A stretch of 64,000 nucleotides of DNA. Origin: the human T2T-CHM13v2.0 reference genome, Homo sapiens. The position numbers and the translations under genes were made by a program. Position 1 is the first letter of the stretch, and each line of letters starts with the position of its first letter. The stretch lies in the NCBI RefSeq assembly GCF_009914755.1, contig NC_060937.1, one strand, 5' to 3'. A model generated the notes under the pieces. The model was not told the DNA's origin. It ran no database searches and worked only from the letters and a program-made list of their open reading frames with translations. Below are positions 1-10,590 of this stretch, in pieces.

Positions 1-32
1 GATATATTCACAGCACTTTCATAGTTTTTATA

Positions 33-88
33 GGCTCACCTGTAATCTCAGCACTTTAGGAGGCTGAGGAAGGCAGATCACTTGAGCC
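33..88 (+). mobile_element. Short Alu/FLAM left-arm fragment
   Basis: ggctcacctgtaatctcagcactttaggaggctgaggaaggcagatcacttgagcc matches the Alu 5' region (A/B box area); truncated at both ends. Confidence 0.8.
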
Positions 89-94
89 TAATTA

Positions 95-1030
95 CCTAGA
101 AATATGAGTACTAAATGTATGCTTACCAGATAATATCACTGGAAAAGTAATTTTCAAAGTCAGGCAGGAAGAAGAGTTTTTTGTGTGTGGATTTTAGTTA
201 TTTTCCAGCAGGCTATCCAGAGCTTGCTCAATGGCATCATGAATAAAGTGGTGGCTATAGCATCAATTATAAAGACAGTAATGGCTATCTCATCGCAGTC
301 AACTTATTGAAGCTGACATGCATTGCTGAATGTCCAGTTTACCAACGGCAATTAACCATAACCTGAGGAGATCAGCCAGCTTTCTTGTGGCCAGTTGCTA
401 CTTTGAACACTTCGGTCATAGTTGGGGTAGCAAATTGTTTTTTTCTAGAGTAGACGTGTATTACATGTTTAATTTGCTTTCCCTGCCTATACCTCCGCTG
501 AAAACACCAATATCCCTTATTAAGTAAACAATTACATAAAAAAGTGTTTCCCACACAAAATTTCTTGTGTCCAAGCAACTTTATGTCAGAATTTAAAAGA
601 AGTTAAAATGTAAAAAATAAAAAATCCTACCTTTAAGTTATTCTCTGTTTATTTCATTTTCTGATTCAAGCCAGAAACACAATGAGCCAGGAAGAGCCTT
701 GGAAACTATGCCTACAAGATCAACCCCACTTGATATAAGAGTTTTTGAAGGGCAAGATTTGATAGCAAAAAGACCCAGCGTTGTCACAAAGACCCACTCC
801 CAAATCGTTTGCATTCTGTTCTCCTGAATCTCAGCTCTGTTGCTCTAAAACATTTTAGTATTGAAAGAAATGTCTTCCACCGGAAATACCAAAACATAAT
901 TTCATAGTTTCATTGAATGGCAAAGTTAAGCTGCCACGTGGATAATTCAGACATTTCATAGAGTTAAAGTAGATGTATTTTTAAAGGGCATAAGTATTAG
1001 CTAAGGGAACTGTCAAGTGCAATAACGATA
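95..1030 (+). mobile_element. Highly decayed ERVL-class internal region, 3' pol (RNase H end, integrase, dUTPase remnant)
   Basis: gctcaatggcatcatgaataaagtgg, tgctgaatgtccagtttaccaacggc and cagccagctttcttgtggccagttg resemble the HERV-L integrase N-terminal region; ttccaccggaaatacc...cattgaatggcaaagttaagctgccacgtgg resembles the ERVL dUTPase; many stops and indels. Confidence 0.6.
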
Positions 1031-1177
1031 CTTTTTCTATTCTTCAGGGTTTTTCATCACTGCCTTCAATTCAGTGAGGTTCCTAATCATCTTTCCACTA
1101 AATCGACTTTTGCTAAAGTTAGTATAACTCAGTTTCTGTCGGTTGCCATTAAAAAATTTTAACATACAGAGAGGAAG

Positions 1178-1560
1178 TGTGCACAGGCTATTTCAATATC
1201 CCTTTCCTGTTTTTTGAAGTGTTTATGAAAATATATTAATATATGCTTATTTAAGTTCAGAAAATTACAGAACATCAATGAAACAATCGACTACCAACTT
1301 CCTAGGAACACAGGTGCAAAAGCATATACACAGACAACAGTAAAAATGAGAAGATTCCTTGCAAAGGAATGTCAAATTCTTTTCTTGGCCAACAGGAATA
1401 ATTCTATGTTATGATAAGGCATGTAATCTAAGTATATTATCCTTTGCATCATTCAAATTCTAAGTACTTCTAGAAATTCTTTAAGCTGCCTATTACTTTT
1501 CTTAAAAATTTAGCGTAAGAAAATTTTGTTGTCTGCAACCAAAAACAGTGCCCGATATGC
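1178..1560 (+). mobile_element. Old ERVL-type LTR (LTR16/LTR33-like)
   Basis: Preceded by purine tract agagaggaag, starts tg, ends with the typical ERVL/MaLR LTR 3' motif ttgttgtctgcaaccaaaaacagtgcccgata. Confidence 0.45.
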
Positions 1561-2288
1561 TATTTTGTTAAAGAAATGGTTGTGCGTTGAGGGGGCAAGC
1601 GGGGAGAACAAACTAAAATAAATGAGAAATTAGAGTGTATTCCTGACATCCTGACGCAGAGTTTGAAGGCAATGAGGATTTGGTTACCATCATTTGAAAA
1701 AGCACTGGTAATCTCTGGCACACAGTGGTGGAACATTATTTAAATTATTAACCGTGGATACTTGGAATAAAATGCCCATTGAGGCAAAACTTCAAGTGGC
1801 TGTTGCAATGCATGCATTTGAAAGTCTGCAATGTGAGCTAGCTGCTTCTAAATTTGATGGAGAGCTTAAAGAAAATTACTCAATTAAGTTGTTGAACAAA
1901 CACATGGTCAGAGAACCACTAGATTTTTTTCATGTAACAGTATAGTTCAAGTAGGTAAATATCAGATGTGGAGCCTGAACATGGTGGTACTGAAATATAA
2001 GATATATTCAGAGCATTTTCATCATTTTTTGTATAAAAACTGGGACATTGTTTAAGAAGAGTGGGAAATTAAGAAGTGTACTAGAGGTATTTAATCTCTA
2101 AATACCCCAAATGCACGGACTTCATTGAGACTCCCTTCCTAGTGAAAACAACCCTTTTCCCCACATTGAATGATTATTTTGCTGAAAACTGTGTAGTAAC
2201 CACACCGGAGGATAATTAATTATTTCACAAAGGGATGTCAGTTTTCCTCATGTCCAACTTCATACCACTCTACATTGCCTCCAGACCC

Positions 2289-2420
2289 TACCTGGGTGCA
2301 CATTTGAATTATCTGGGAACTTTAAAATATTCTGCTGCCTTGACCAATTAAATCAGATTCTGAGTGGCGGCCCAAGCATCTGTCTCTTTTCAAAGTTTTC
2401 CCCAGGGGTAGGCTTACTTC
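2289..2420. mobile_element. MER5A-like hAT-Charlie MITE fragment
   Basis: ctgggtgcacatttgaattatctgggaactttaaaa...ccaattaaatcagattctgag...aagttttccccagg matches the MER5A pattern. Confidence 0.6.
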
Positions 2421-2448
2421 ACCCCTCAAATGTATATGATCTATATAT

Positions 2449-2450
<2 letters not shown>

Positions 2451-2484
<34 letters not shown>
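2451..2484. repeat. (AC)17 microsatellite
   Basis: Perfect acacac run seen directly. Confidence 0.98.
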
Positions 2485-2486
<2 letters not shown>

Positions 2487-3079
2487 TCTTATTTGTATTG
2501 TCAAAAACATGAAAATGTGTAGGAATAAGTCATATGGGTATGAATAGATCCAGATAAATTCATTGATATGGGCATACTTATTAATAGTTCTGGATTTCGT
2601 GTATTAGCTAAATCATTTGGGAATAGTTTTAACTGTTTGTTAAACTGCCTGTTCTATATAAAAAAGATAAAGATGAAAAATATTGCCATTAAAATGGTCT
2701 CGTCGATTTTATTGTTTTTGGTGGTATTTTGAATTTACAGTGGTCAAGAAAGTAGTACTTAAGTACCAGAAGCACCATTAGCAGCATAGTCAGTTATTTG
2801 GGACAGTTGGTTGCAGAGAGATCTTTGATAGTAGCTAATTGATCATAGAATCTCTAGAACAAAAAGACATGGGCATTCTATTAATAATTTATTTTAATTA
2901 AAAAATTCTAGGACAGAAAATAAAAGCCTTCTATGACCCATATCAATACAGAGTCATGGATCTACCCAGCAGCAATATTCGAGTCACGTCAGTACAAACA
3001 CAAAGAGTATATTGAATGAAGTTAAGACAGAGGTGTCTTGAAGAATTTCCCACTAATAACATCTCAAAGATATGTTGTA

Positions 3080-3131
3080 AATTTCACTTTCTGTTTTCTC
3101 CAAAGAATTTCACTTCCTGTTTTCTCCAAAG
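3080..3131. repeat. 26-bp tandem duplication (1 mismatch)
   Basis: aatttcactttctgttttctccaaag / aatttcacttcctgttttctccaaag. Confidence 0.95.
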
Positions 3132-3443
3132 AATGCTTGGAGTTTCTGTGCATTGGGAAGAGAAAACATTCAGAACCCTGCCACATTATTATTGAACATG
3201 GGTTCTGAGTTAACCTTACTCAAGGCCACGAATGCTTATGTTCATCTTTTGGACAAAATAAGGGGCTTATTGGTGTCAGGTTGCTAACTCAGTCTCACAG
3301 GGTCTATGAAAAATATAGTTTTACTTCTCTCCTATTTTTAAATATATAGTTAGAATATATATATACTTTAACCTGGGAAAAATTCTCACTTAAACTTCAT
3401 CGACACATGGGTGAAAACTAGTAAGGTTAAAAAAAAGTAGATT

Positions 3444-3511
3444 TACTTTTCCATACCAAACAGTAAACTAAGAGCAGTACTTTTCCATACCAAACAGTAA
3501 ACTAAGAGCAG
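3444..3511. repeat. Perfect 34-bp tandem duplication
   Basis: tacttttccataccaaacagtaaactaagagcag x2. Confidence 0.97.
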
Positions 3512-4404
3512 TGCAATAACTTTGAGAAAATGATTACAGTTTGCGTCGCCATTGAAGATCTGGAATAAATAGCAGTGCTGTTTCTTATCACAATCTATTT
3601 AACTTTGCTTGCACTGGATATAGAAAAATGACAATGAATTATCATAAGCTTGATCATTGGTGACTCCATCTGAAGCTACTATTACAGATGTGATTTGTTT
3701 TTTGGAGCAAGACCACAGAGTGCCAAGAACCAAGAATGTTATTCATGTAACAGGTTCTACTTTCTTTATTCTAAAAGGCAGTGCATCAAAAGACATTTGC
3801 TTTCACCTGGCAAGTTTAGTAGTACATCTTTACCATGTTTTGGGGGCTATGTTTGGTCTCTGACACTGCAATGTAAGTTATTCTGCCAAGAACTTGAACA
3901 CCTATCGTTTTGAGAGGTGACAGCATGCTGGCAGCCCTCACAGCCGTCGCTCGCTCTCCGCGCCTCCTCAGCCTCAGCGCCCACTCTGGCTGCGCTTGAG
4001 GAGCCCTTCAGCCCGCCACTGCACTGTGGGAGCCCCTCCCTCGGCTGCAGAGGCCGGAGCAGGCTCCCTCAGCTTGCCAGGAGGTTTGGAGGGAGAGGCG
4101 CGGCGGGGGGGGAACCGGGGGCTGCGCGCGCGGTGTTTGAGGGCCAGCGTGAGTGTGGGCGTGGGCTTGGCGGGTCCCACACTCGGAGTCGGCCCAGGGC
4201 AGTGAGGGGCTTAGCACCCGGGCCAGCAGCTGCAGAGGGTGCACCGAGTCCCCCAGCAGTGCCGGCCCACCGGCACCGCGCTCGATTTCTCACCAGGACT
4301 CCCAGGGGCTTAGGAGTGCGGGTGCACAGCGCAGGACTGGCAGGCAGCTCCATCTGCGGCTCCAGTGCAGAATCCACTGGGTGAAGCCAGCTGGGATCCT
4401 GAGT

Positions 4405-4930
4405 CTAGTGGGGACTTGGAGAACCTTTATGTCTAGCTAAGGGATTGTAAATACACCAATCAGCACTCTGTGTCTAGCTCGGGGTTTATGAATGCACCAA
4501 TCAGCACTCTGTATCTAGCTAATCTGGTGGGGACTTGGAGAACCTTTATGCCTAGCTAAGGGATTGTAAATGCACCAATCAGCACTCTGTGTCCAGCTTG
4601 AGGTTTGTGAACACACCAATCAGTGCCCTGTGTCTAGCTCAAGGTTTGTGAATGCACCAGTCAGTGCTCTGTGTCTAGCTAATCTAGTGGGGACTTGGAG
4701 AACTTTTGTGTCTAGCTCAGGGATTGTAAACGCACCAGTCAGCACCCTGTCAAAATGGGCCAATCAGCTCTCTGTAAAACAGACCAATCAGCTCTCTGTA
4801 ATATGGACCAATCAGCAGGATGTGGGTGGGGCCAGATAAGGGAATAAAAGCAGGCTGCCGGAAGCCCCAGCGGCAACCCCTTTGGGTCTTGTTCCACGCT
4901 GTGGAAGGTTTGTTCTTCGCAATAAATTTT
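4405..4930 (+). promoter_or_regulatory. LTR12 U3 enhancer repeats and promoter (CCAAT/NF-Y array, GATA site, TATA-like aataaaa, polyA signal)
   Basis: About seven intact CCAAT boxes in repeated caccaatcagc units, agataag at ~4834, gggaataaaagc at ~4840, aataaa at 4921; activity at this locus is not shown. Confidence 0.6.
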
Positions 4931-5212
4931 GCTGCTGCTCACTCTTTGGGTCTGCACTGCATTTATGATGTGTAACACTCACTGTGAAGGTCTGCAGCTT
5001 CACTTCTGAGGCCAGCCAGACCAGAAACCCACTGGGAGGAATGAGCAACTTTGGATGGGAGGAACGAACAACTGCAGATGTGCCGCCCTCAGAGCTGTAG
5101 CACAGTGAACGTCTGCGGCTTCGCTCCTGAAGCCAGCGAGATCACGAACCCACCAGAAGACAAAATCTCTGAACACGTCCGAACATTAGAAGGAATGGAC
5201 TCCGGACACGCC

Positions 5213-5501
5213 TTTTTTTTTTTTTTTTTGAGACAGTGTTTTTCTCTGTCGCCCAGGCTGGAGTGTAGTGCAATCTCGACTCACTGCAAGCTCTGCCTCT
5301 CGGGTTCATGCCATTCTCCTGCCTCAGCCTCCAGAGCAGCTGGGACTACAGGCGCCCGCTGCCACGCCCGGCTGAATTTTTTTGTATTTTTAGTGGAGAC
5401 GGGGTCTCACGGTGTTAGCCAGGATGGTCTCGATCTTCTCATCTGCCCGCCTGGGCCTCCCAAAGTGCGGGGATTACAGGCGTGAACCACCGTGCCCAGC
5501 C
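5213..5501 (-). mobile_element. AluY inserted into LTR12
   Basis: Poly-T then gagacag...gcaagctctgcctc...gccattctcc...ttagccaggatggtctcgatc (AluY diagnostics); LTR12 sequence resumes at actctttaagaactg. Confidence 0.92.
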
Positions 5502-5590
5502 ACTCTTTAAGAACTGTAGCAGTCACCGCGAGGGTCCGCGGCTTCATTCTGGAAGCCATTGAGACTGAGAACCCGCCAATTCCGGACACA

Positions 5591-6660
5591 ATTTCATAGT
5601 ACATCAGTATGGTCCAATACAGGTAGGTGGTGTCCTGATTATAACACTGTACAAGCAGGAAATTGATGGTGTCCCACATGCCTTGTGCAAAGGTCAACCT
5701 TAAATAAGTTTTAGGAGTCTTAGTGAAATTTCTATGAATCAAATGGAATGTGGTATATGACGTAACTATATCTTTAAAATTGAAGAAAAGAACAAGTGAA
5801 GAAACGTTATATTTGTTAGGTCTTTTAGGTTCTGGAGGCAACGTATGCCAGCTATAGGATTCTTTAGTATACAATTTACCAAGTAATGTGTAAGGCTGTA
5901 AGGCTGACAGATTTGACTTGATCCCAGAAACAGCAGTCCAGGTAGTTCTGGTTGCAACAAATGCAACTCTGCCTTTCGTTCCTTGTGATAGAGTAGCCTC
6001 TGGCGCTTATAGAGTTTGTGGCGGATAGACTTAATCTTTTAAGTAATATGTCCTGAGTACTCAGCCCTTTTAATGACTGAACACCTATTCGTGTGGGAAA
6101 AAAAAGTGAATATATCACCTAAATGGCCATTATGAATTGGGTTTTACCTGATTTTTTTCAAGTCACATAGTTGGGTATACCCACCAGAATCCATCATAAG
6201 GAGCAGTAACTTGCCATCTTTGAAATATAAAACGTTATTGAATGAGAATTCCTCCTCCCTACTTATTATGTTTGTCCGTCACACCGTCCACAAACTTACT
6301 AAATGCTTTATTTTCTGACACACTGTTCCACAAAATTCTATTTCTGATCAGGAATATAATTTTATTGCAAGAGACTAGGGCAGTTATTTAACACTCATGA
6401 GACATTAGTTTTATTGGATATGCTATTGCTCATATATGTAATAAACAAACTGTGTAAAACAAATAATACACCAACATAGGCATGGAACCAGCTAAGAGAA
6501 AATATGTCACGAAACACTGTCCTGGGTGACACTGCTCATCTAGTCTCACATAGGAGATACCAGTGCTGTTTCTCTTATTCAATAAACAAAAGACTTGGCT
6601 TAGTAGTGGTATCTTACACTATTATGTCTCAAGACACCAGATTAATGCTACATTATTTGG
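5591..6660 (+). mobile_element. ERVL-class pol continuation (RT, connection, start of RNase H)
   Basis: ttgttaggtcttttaggttctggaggcaacgtatgcc resembles HERV-L LVGLFGFWRQHIP; collinear with the sequence left of the LTR12. Confidence 0.6.
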
Positions 6661-6665
6661 GCAAT

Positions 6666-6964
6666 TTTTTTTTTTTTGAGATGGAGTGTAGTTCTGTTGC
6701 ACAGGCTGGAGTGCAGTGACGAGATCTCAGCTCACTGCAAGCTCTGCCTCATGGGTTCACGCCATTCTCCTGCCTCAGGCTCCTGAGTAGCTGGGACTAC
6801 AGGCACCCACCATCACGCCCGGCCAATTTTTTGTATTTTTTTTTTTAGTAGAGACAGGGTTTCACCATGTTAGCCAGGATGGTCTCGATTTCCTGACCTT
6901 GTGATCCGCCCGCCTCCGCCTCCCAAAGTGCTGGGATTATAGACATGAGCCACCGCGCCTGGCA
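6666..6964 (-). mobile_element. AluY
   Basis: Full dimer on the minus strand with gcaagctctgcc, cacgccattctcc and ttagccaggatggtctcgat diagnostics. Confidence 0.93.
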
Positions 6965-7004
6965 ATGTGTTTATTTTCACTAGAGATTTGCAGTTTCATG
7001 ATAT

Positions 7005-7492
7005 ATATATTTTTCAACTTTTATTTTAGATACAGGGAGTACATGTGCAGGTTTGTTACATGGATACATTGTACCAAGGTACTGAGCATAGTACCCAATA
7101 GGTGGTTTTTCGACCTGCACCATCCTCCGTTCCTCCACCCTCTACTAGTCCATAGTGCCTATGGTTCCCATGTTTATACCCAGGTGTGCTCAATTTTTAG
7201 CTCCCACTTATAAGTGAGAACATACTATTTTTGGATTTCTGTTTCTGCATTAATCCATTTAGGATTATGGCCTCCAGATCCAGCCATGTTGCTGCAAAGA
7301 ATATAATTTTATTCTTTTTTATGGCTGTGTAGCATTTCATGGCGTATATGTACCACATTTTCTTTATCCAAGCCACCATTGATGGGCACCCAAGTTGATT
7401 CCATGTTGCAGATAGCATGGCAGTGAATATGAGTGCATGTGTCTTTTTGGCATAATCTATTTTCTATTTTCCTTTGGGTATATACCCAGCAA
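7005..7492 (-). mobile_element. L1PB/old L1PA 3' end fragment
   Basis: caacttttattttagatacagggagtacatgtgcaggtttgttac is an L1 3' terminus; ORF 7197-7418 (TWNQLGCPSMVAWIKKMWYIY) is the ORF2 C-terminus. Confidence 0.85.
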
Positions 7493-7669
7493 ATTATATC
7501 CATGACCATATCAAAGTGAATTAATATGGAAAGTAGAATAAAATTAAGGTTTAGATTTAGAGACTCCTAGTTTATCAATTTACGTTATGTCTTATTTTAA
7601 AGAAAGTTTTCTAACTCATCTAATCCTAGGTTTTCTTAACTTCCCAAAAGTGAAATTAAAACAAACCTC

Positions 7670-9225
7670 ATAACCTGCCTTCAAAATATACTACAATGCT
7701 ATAATCACAATAACATAGTACTAGCATGGAAACAGATGTATTGACCAATGGAACAGAATAAAGATCCCAGAAATAAATCCACATATTTACCATCAATGGA
7801 TTTCAAATACAGATGCCAAGAACACACAATAAGGAAAGAACAGTCCCTTTATTAAACAGTGTTGGGAAAATTGGATATCCACATGTAGAAGAACAAAATT
7901 AAAATCTTATCTTGTGCCACATAGAGAAGTCAACTCAAAATAGATTAAAGACTTAAACATGAGTCTTTAAAGTTTAAGACTACTAAAAGAAAACATAGGA
8001 AAAAAGCTTCATAACATTGGTCTGGGCAATTATATTTTAAATATGAATTCAAACGCACAGTCAGCAACAGCAAAGATAGACAAATGGAAATGCTTCAAAC
8101 TAAAATGCTTCTGTAAAGAAAAGAAAACCCAACATTCAAAAAGGAGAGAGATAATCGAAGGAATAGGAAAAAATATTTGCAAACCACACATCTTGTAAGA
8201 GATCAATATCCAAAAAATACATAAATAACTCAAATAGTACCTAAAAAAGAAATAACTGATTTAAAATTGGGCAAAGGATCACAATAGACAATTCTCAAAG
8301 GAGGTCATTCACAGTATTTTTTAAAAAAGCTCAATGTCACTAATCATCAAGAAAATGCAAATTAAAATTACAATGAAATATCACCTCACAGCTGTTAGAA
8401 AGGCTGTTATCAAAAGATGAAAAACAACAAGTACTGGTGAGAATATGAAGAAAAGGGAATGCTTTCACAGTGTTGATGAGAACGTAAATTAGTATAGCCA
8501 TTATGGAAAAAAGTATGGAGTTTCCTCAAAAAGTTAAAAATAGAATGACTCTATGATCCAGCAATCCCACTACTGGGTATACATCCAAAGGAAATGAAAT
8601 CAGGATGGTGAAGATAAATCTGCACTCCCATGTTTATTGCAGCATTTTCACTATTTACAGCAGGCAAGCTGTGAAAATGTTTATCAATGGATGAATGATT
8701 TTTTTAAATGTAGTGTATATACACAATGGAATTTTACTGTCTTAAAAAAGAATGTAATCTTGTCATTTACAACAACGTAAATGAACCTGGGGAACATTAT
8801 GTTAAGTGAAACCAGTCAAGCACAGTAAGACAAACACTGTATGATCTTACTTATATGTGGAGACCAAAACAGTTGAACTCATAAAAACGGAAAGTAAAAT
8901 AGTGGTTGTCAGAGGCTGGGGTAGGGCTGGGGAAATTGTTGGTCAAAGGATACAAAATTTCAACTGGACAGGAAAAACAAGGTAAAGAGATCTATTTTAC
9001 AACATGGTGGCTGTAGTTAATAACAAGGTAAAGTATAATTGAAAACCACTAAGAGATTACATTTTAAGTGTTCTTACCACAAAAAAATGATAGATATGTA
9101 AGGTGATGCACATGTTAATTCCATTTATCCATTCCACAGTGAAAACATATTTCAAAGTATCATGTTGTACATGGCAAATACATACTTTTCCTTGCCAATT
9201 TAAAAAATAAACTAAAGAAAAATTA
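7670..9225 (+). mobile_element. L1MA-family 3' fragment (ORF2 end and 3' UTR)
   Basis: gaccaatggaacagaata, tatgatccagcaatcccactactgggtat, ggatacaaaatttca...gagatctattttacaacatggt; A-rich tail at ~9200. Confidence 0.85.
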
Positions 9226-10069
9226 AAGTATATATATATGTATATATGCATAGACATATAATGTTTGCTAACATTGCTTGGAACACAGCAGACATTTTTT
9301 AATTGGTACCTAATGTTATATAACATTTCCTGCATTTTACTTAGGGCAACACCTTGAAACACACTCATTAAATGTTGGGCTGCAAGAAAACTATGCCTTC
9401 TGAAATACTTCCCGCTTAATGTTAAAAAACTGCACTCTAATAATTTTAGAACATGTCTATAATTGAGAGTAAAAACACAAAAATGCAGAAAATGACTATT
9501 TGAATAGTATATAAAATTTGTTGACCTTCTATCTTGTGCCAAGTACATTTAATATGTTTTTAAATTAATCTTTCCACTACTCAGTGAGATGTCACTGCCT
9601 CTTCATATCAAAATCTCAAAACTGTAGAAGAACCCTTATTTTAACCACAGTGTCTTCTCATCTTAGTCACCAGAATTCCTGAGTCACATTTTGATTGAAA
9701 AAACTCATGTAAAATAGATGCCCTCATCCCATCTGAAAGCATGAACAAACTTCCTGCCCTACCTCCATTTACTGTCATCCTCCAAAGGTTATCTTCTTTC
9801 AGTACAGTTTGAAACAAAGTGTTGTTCTCTTTTTCTGGATCATTACAAATCCTAGGTTTTTGTTTTTCTTTTAGTTTGTTTTTTAACTATATGATCCCAG
9901 CACCACCATACACACCTGTTTTTGTTTGTTGTTTCCTGAAAGTAACTGCATAGAATTCCCAGGCTGTCAGTTTTCTTTGCCAGCCCCCATAGTGCCATAA
10001 TACCACTAAAATAGGGATTTGGGGGAAAATATGTTTTACTGAAGATTTAAGGTACTGGAAAATGTATTA

Positions 10070-10590
10070 TAACTAGAGTTATGATGCTAACTCCAGCTTT
10101 TATGAAAACCCCCAAATTTCAGCAGTTTTACATAACAAGTCACAGTTGTCTACACAGTTTTGAGGTGGTGAGTCTTCCGAGTGGCTCTCTACCTATAAGT
10201 AATTCTGCAAGCCAGGCTCGATTTACATGGCTGCTTTTTCTTTCCCTGTTGCCCACCACTTCCCATCATCATATACCACATCATTCAGGGAATCCTCTGA
10301 ATTCATTGCCCCAAAAGCAAAGCAAACATAGAAAATGATATAAAACATGTTACAGCCAAGGTAAGAATAAGTGTATTTCACTTCCATCCACCCAGGAAAT
10401 GTTTATAATATTAGCTATAAATTTTGAAATGACTTATTTTAAAATGGTTTGCAAACTTTATATGTATACATGCACATACACATCACACACATTCTGGAAT
10501 CAGTGACCTATCCCATATTAATTCTAAGGAAGGCTGGAAAAAGTAGTTTTCATGTGTGCCCAGGAAGGAAAAAGTAAGATTGTTAAACAT
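10070..10590 (-). mobile_element. Old MLT1 (MaLR) LTR remnant
   Basis: aaacccccaaatttcagcagttttacataacaag and aaggaaggctggaaaaagtagt...tgtgtgcccaggaaggaaaa motifs typical of MLT1J/K. Confidence 0.45.

Larger units (their letters stand above)
1561..3910 (+). mobile_element. Decayed ERVL-class internal region (leader, gag, protease, start of RT); interrupted by MER5A and (CA)n
   Basis: ctgtgcattgggaagagaaaac...ttattgaacatgggttctgagttaacctta corresponds to the HERV-L protease region (VHWGKG...LLDTGSELTL-like); ORF 3657-3863 VTPSEATITDVICFLEQ resembles HERV-L RT VTPIAAAVPDVVSLLEQ. Confidence 0.65.
3911..5590 (+). mobile_element. LTR12 (ERV9) solo LTR, LTR12C/D type, interrupted by AluY
   Basis: Starts tgagaggtgacagcatgctggcagcc, ends ccaattccggacaca; GC-rich U3, tandem caccaatcagcactctg repeats; flanks gttt/attt form a near-perfect 4-bp TSD. 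Confidence 0.95.

Noticed and set aside
4405-4820. Regularly spaced direct repeats superficially like a CRISPR array
   Set aside because: The intervening sequences are themselves repeated. This is the known LTR12 enhancer tandem array in eukaryotic DNA, and no cas genes are present
3917-5048. Cluster of overlapping 65-155 aa ORFs on both strands
   Set aside because: They fall in the GC-rich, stop-poor LTR12 U3 and have low-complexity Gly/Ala/Arg/Pro content; not a gene
5051-5485. ORFs with FFFLRQ/LECSG/ASASR motifs (also 15005-15193, 52891-53196, 58368-58815)
   Set aside because: These are translations of Alu sequence
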